NCBI GenBank assembly: GCA_964359165.1
Contig: CAYHRV010000008.1
Coordinates: 1-23,257, forward strand
DNA length: 23,257 bases
Reading direction: 5' to 3'
Source of the DNA: an uncultured Elusimicrobia bacterium
Lineage (GTDB): Bacteria; Elusimicrobiota; Elusimicrobia; UBA1565
Below the pieces are notes generated by a model. The model ran no database searches. It was not told the origin of the DNA and saw only the letters and a program-made list of their open reading frames with translations. This document shows, piece after piece, positions 12,101 to 18,100 of the stretch (the stretch's first letter is position 1; the number at the start of each line of letters is the position of its first letter). Position numbers and translations under genes: made by a program.

Positions 12101-15100
12101 CACGCATCAAGTCCAGGTCTCCAGCGTCCCCAGTTTCTCGAACCTGAGCGTGGATAAGCTCTTCAACACCCCCTCGTTCACCTCTCCGATGGCTCTCGCC
12201 CACGGCACGACCTATTACTGGCGCATCCGTTCCCAGAACGCGGCCGGGATCTATTCGGCCTATTCCGAGCCCATATCTTTCGCCATGGACCTGGCTCGTC
12301 CCAGCACCTCGGCGTTCCGCCATGTCAGCTCCAGCGGCGGGGCCCTGGGGGAGAGCCAGTTCAACGCCTTGGCCAGCGGCCTGACCGTGCAGATCGACAT
12401 CCAGGACGCCTTTTCGGGACTCGACGGCGGCCCCCTGCGCCTTCCCGTGGACCAGGCCGCGGCGCTCTATCCCTTCGACGAAGGACAGGGCAATTACGCC
12501 CTGCCCCTCTCCGGGGCCAATCGCCTGGGCTTCAGCGGGGCCTCCGCCTGGGCCCAGGGCCTCTACGGCAAAGCCGTCAAATTCGACGGGACGAACAGCC
12601 TCTATTCCAACTCCGCCGCGGACCTCCCCCTGGGCAACTCCGCGCGCACCCTCGAGGCCTGGGTATACCCCGAGGACTCCAACGGCGGCGGCATACTCCA
12701 ATACGGCAACCTCATGCGCCTGAGCATCAATGGGAGCTGTTCCGCGGGAACGGGCACGACGGGCAACGGAAAACTCTGCCTGGACGCCGCGGATTCCGGA
12801 GACTACACCTTCACCCCCAACCAATGGCACCATGTCGCCTTCACCTATGACGGCAACGGAAGCGGGGCTCTCTATGCCGACGGCGTCCATGTGGCCACGG
12901 TCACGCGCTCCTTCGCCACCCCGGCCGGGGATGTGTGGGTGGGGAGCGCGGCCGCCTGCGGGTCCTTCAACGGCCGCATAGACGAACTGCGCGTGCTCTC
13001 CAAGGGGCTCTCCGGGGCGGAACTGCGGGCGGACTACCTGCGGGCAGGCGCCTTCCGGGCGGAGGTCTCGACCACGGCGGGCCAGGCCTGGGAGGTGATC
13101 GCCGCCACGGCCCCCCATAACGGGCGCTACCTCGCTTTAAGCGGCGCTCCGGGAAGCGCGGCCGTGGAGACCATGAGCCTCTACCATCTCGACCTCCCCG
13201 AATCCACGACCACGCTCAAGGGCGCGAGCGGGACGAACCAGGTGAAGTTCGTCGTCTCGGACCGCGCGGGCAACGAGGTCACGGCCGGCCCCTATACCGT
13301 CTTAAAAGACACCACCGTGCTCCAGCCCTCGCTTTTCTGGATGGTGCCGCTCTCCACCCAGTCCATCTACCTGGTGGCCTCGGCCACGGATAATTTCAGC
13401 GGCATCAGGGACTTCCAGTTCGAGATTTCCTCCTCCGTGCTGTTCAACTCGTCGGTCTCCACCTCGCCCTGGGTGGAGAGCGCGACCTACACCTTCACCG
13501 GACTGCTCAACTCGACCACCTATTTCGCGCGGGTGCGCGCGCGCGACAACCTCCTCAACGTCTCGATCCCCTCGCGCCTGGACCAAGTGGGAGGATTCGC
13601 CATCCCGGCCGCCACCTCGACCTTCGGCTCCGTCTATTACGCCACGGCGCCGGCCGCGCCCGCAAGCGCTCTTCAGGACAGCTACGTGCCCATGGTGAAG
13701 TTCACCCTGCAGACGCCCCCGGGAGCGACCTCCAAGTTCTTCTATCTGCGCGTGCGCAAGACCGGCAACACCGCGGATTCCAGCATCGTGGAGGCGAGCG
13801 TCCATACGGACGGGAACTCCGATGGGGTGTTCCAATCCACGGCGGACGTGCGGCAGGCGGGGTCCCCGCTGGTCAATGGGACGGCGTTGATCAATCTCTC
13901 CGCGGAAGGGAGCACCCAGCAGCTCAACGACACGGCCAAGACCTTCTTCGTGGCGCTGCGCATGAGGTCCGACGCTCCCCCGGGGGAGACGGTCGGGCTC
14001 GACATCCTCCAGGCCTCGGATTTCGGCCTTCAGTTCCCATCCAGCCCGGAAGGCCCCTTCCCGACCTCGGCGGCGCCTATCCCCATCAGCGACGGAGTCA
14101 ACGACTTGACCATCGCCGGGGTCAGCCTCTCCCCCGTGGTGGCCCAGCCCAACGAGAAGAACATCAAGCTCCTGCGCCTGCAGGCCCAGACCAACAGCGG
14201 CACAAGCATCATCAACTCCATCGCCTTCCAGCTCAAGGGGACACTGCCCTCCACTCAACTCAAGAGCCTCACGGTCTGGAGGGATAAGGACGGGGACGGA
14301 GGCTTTGACCCGGCCGTCGACGAGGCGGTGTCCGACGGCAATGATTCCTTCGCAGGCGGAGTCTCCACCGTCGCCCTCACGGCGCAAGCCTCCTCGCGCA
14401 CGGTCAGCGTGACCCCGACGATCTTCTTCCTGAGCGCCGACATCCTGCCGACCGCGACCCTGGGCGACTGGTTCCAGGTGGAGTTCGCCACCGCGAACGT
14501 GGCGCTGCTCAACCCCCTCGACATCGTCAAATTCGCCGAGGCGGGGACGATCATCTCCAGCGCCTGCACGGTGCAGCAGAACAACATCGTGACGGTCTCG
14601 ACCACGGACGTCATGCCCGTCGCTTTCTTCCAAGGAGAATCCTATACCGTGCTCAAGCTCATGGCCCAGGTGGACATCGGTTTCGCGGTGGTCAACCGGT
14701 TCCAGATCAGCGCGGTGGGGACCGGGCAGGATTCCGACGTCACGACGGTGTCCGTCTGGAGGGATTTGACCGTCGACGGAGGACCGCTCAACAAGGTGAC
14801 CGACAAGCTCCTGGGATCGGCGCCCTTCGTCTCCGGGCTCGCTACCATGGACATCCCGGCCGAGCTCAACGAAGATTACAAGAAGCTCTTGGCGGGCACG
14901 ACCGCCGTGTTCTTCGTGACCTACGACATCGGCCCAGGCGCCAGCCCGGGCCGGAGCCTGGGAGCGAAGCTGACCAACGCGAGCTACCTCCGCATGGCCA
15001 CCCCCTTGAGCGCGGTAGTGAGCTCCTTCCCGGTGGTCACCGCCACGGCCCTCATCCAGGCGACGACGAACTTCCTGCAGATCCCCACGGTGGTGTCCCT

Positions 15101-18100
15101 GGCCCCCGGCGGGGTCGACCAGGGGGCCTCGGACATCCCCATGCTCCGCTTCGACCTGCTCTCCAACAAGAACAACTTCTCCTGGCAGGGCGTGGTCGTT
15201 GAGAAGACCGGCACGGCCCAGGACTCCGACGTGGGGGCGGTGAAGGTCTGGCTCGACAACGGCGACGGGGTCTTCTCGGTGGCGATGGATTCCGCCATTA
15301 CCAACGGCCTGGACACCTTCCTCTCCGGGCAGGCCAACGTCGCTCTCACTACGCCGCAGACCATCTCCAAGAGCACGCAGAGCTATTTCATCACCGTCGG
15401 CGTGAGCCCGAGCGCGGTCCCGGGCAGGACGATCGGATTGCAGGTGGCCACCTCGGCCAGCCTGGTCGTCAACTACCCCAACGAGGTCTCTACGATGACC
15501 GTCGCCTTCCCGCTGGAAGGCGGGCCGGCGCCCATCAACCAGTTCGCCAACACGGTCTCGGTGACCACCGCCAGCATAGTCCCCGTCCTGGGGGCCGAGC
15601 CGGGAACCCAGAACGTGGCGGTCATGTCCCTGGAGATGAAGACCAACGTGTCCAACGCCCGCTGGCTCATCCTGCCCATCAGCCAGATCGGCACGGCCCC
15701 GGACACGGACCTCGGCGACGTCAAGGTGTATTACGACGTGAGCAACATCGGGTCCTTCAACTCCGCCAACCTGAGCTCCTACGTGCTCATCACCTCCACG
15801 GGGCACCGGTTCGGACAGAACGGTCCCAAGTCGGTGCGCTTGGCCTTCGCCTCCCCGCCCACGCTCGGCCCGGCGACCCAGCGCTTCTTCGTCACGGTCG
15901 ATCTGAATTCCTCCGCCAAGCCCGAGAACACCGTGAAGCTGAGGACCAACGTCTCCGCGGGAGAGCCGGGGATCATCGAGTCGCCCAACACCCTGGCCAT
16001 CAGCTTCGAATCCTCGGCGTTGAACATCAATCCTCCCCCGACGCTCATGTACGTCCTGGCGGCCAGCTCCGCGCCCGCCTCGGTCAACCAGGGCGACTCC
16101 AACCTTCCCATCCTCACCCTCAGGGCGTGGATGGCGGCCTACACCGGACAATGGACGCAGTTGGCCGTGTCCCGCTGGGCGCCCGGCCTGGATTCGGACG
16201 TCTCCGGCGTAAAGCTCTTCTACGACAGCAACGACAACGGGGTCCTCGACGTCACCTCCGACCAGCGCCTGAGCACCGCCTCCTTCGTCGCGGGCACCGC
16301 GACGCTGGGTTTCTCCACCCAGACCATCCGGGTCGCGACGCAGACCTATTTCCTCACCTACGACATCTCCATCACGGCCGGCGGAGGCAACGGAGCGAGC
16401 GCCTCCCTGGGGGCGCCGGGGGTGTTCACCGTGGCCGCTCCGCACAGCGTCTCTTCGCTGGGCTTCCCGATACAATCGGCCTCCGCCACGGTGAAGGCCA
16501 CCCAGACGGGGCTCTTCGCCCTCGGGCAGGCCAAGGCCCCCGGCCAGCTCGTGCAGAGCGCCACCAACCAGGTCATGCTCACCCTGGAGCTCTATACGAC
16601 TCAGTACGCGCTGCTCTGGAGCGGCCTGTCCGTGCAAAGGACGGGCACGGCTTCGGATGCGGATATCACCGCGGTGCATGTCTGGACCGACGGCGGGACC
16701 TACGGCGTCATAGATCCGGAGGACAAGGACATCACCTCCGGCCTCAACTCCTTCCTGGCCGGGTCGGCCGGGGTGAGCCTCGTCAACGTCCAGACGATCG
16801 GCACCTCGCACGCGCGCTACCTGGTCACCGTGGACATCGCGCCCTTCGCCGACCCGGCCAAGACCTTCGGCCTCTCCGTCGCCGCCGCGTCCGCGTTCAC
16901 GCTCAATTCCCCCAATGTCGCAGTGGACCAGAATTTCCCGATGACCGTGGCGCCCGTTCCCCTGCGGAAGCTGCCCGAGAACCTCGTGGTGACGCCGCAG
17001 AACCTGATGCCCGGCGGGGTCAACCAGGGGCAGGAGTCGACGGCGGCCAAGCTCCTGGTGCGCGCCTCGCGGGATCGGGTGACCTGGACCCGGCTGAAGC
17101 TGGCGAAAGCGGGCAGCATCGAGGAGGCAAGCGTGCGCGAAGTCCGCATCGTCAAGGACCTGGATGGCTCGGGCGCTGTGAGCTCCGGCGACCTTATCGT
17201 AGGAAGCGGGACCTTCAGCTCCGGCGTGGCCGACATCGTCTTCTTCGCCGCCCAGACCGTCACCGCGTCTACGGCGACATACTTCATGACCATGGTCCTG
17301 GATTCCTCGGCCACGGTGGACGCCCTGGCGGGGTTCACCCTGGGCAATGAGACCTTCTTCTCCGTGGACGCTCCCGACGGGGCGGTCTTGAACGGCACCT
17401 CCTTCGCCACGACCTTGGGGAAGGTGCTCGATTCCAAGACCCCGCTCATGCCCGTGGTCACGCTCGATGGGGCCATGAGCAGCCAATTCGAATACCTGCA
17501 CTTCGTCTGGAATTCCACCGTGGCGTTCGGGAGCATGGACAAGGCATGGTACGCGGTGGGAACGGATTCCAGCACCGACGCGGGCAGGCAGAACGTGCTC
17601 GCCTACACCGCCATCCCGGTCACGGCCGTGGATTACAAAGGCATAGGGTTCCCCTTGAAGAGCGGCACCACTTATTATGTCTCGGTCAAGACGCAGTCCT
17701 CCTTCGGCTTCTTCAGCCCGGCGGGCATCTCCCCGGGTATGCTCATGGATTTCACCGTCCCTCCGGTCCCGGCGCCGGCGGTGACCGCCGGGCAGGCCGC
17801 GGTGCTCGTGAGCTGGGGGACCGTCGGCGGGGGCCCCACCGGGATCGCCGGCTACCTCGTCGAATACCGCAAGGGCGACAGCCCCATCTGGTACAACGCG
17901 AAGACCAAGAGCCGGAGCAGCGTCGCCTCCGTATCCTCGATGCGCGCGGATGTCCGCGTAGCCGAGGTCATCACCTCCACCGCCGAACTCGTCACAGGAG
18001 GCTCCTTCCAGGGCACGGATCTTCCCTCCGGCACGCTCTATGTGCGCGTGCGGTCGGTGACCGGGGCCGGGGTGGCGAGCGCGCCGAGTGAGCCGGTTAA

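Noticed and set aside
11202-13118. 638-aa minus-strand ORF
   Set aside because: Antisense to Kelch-like and LamG coding regions; no signal peptide, domain or plausible start context.
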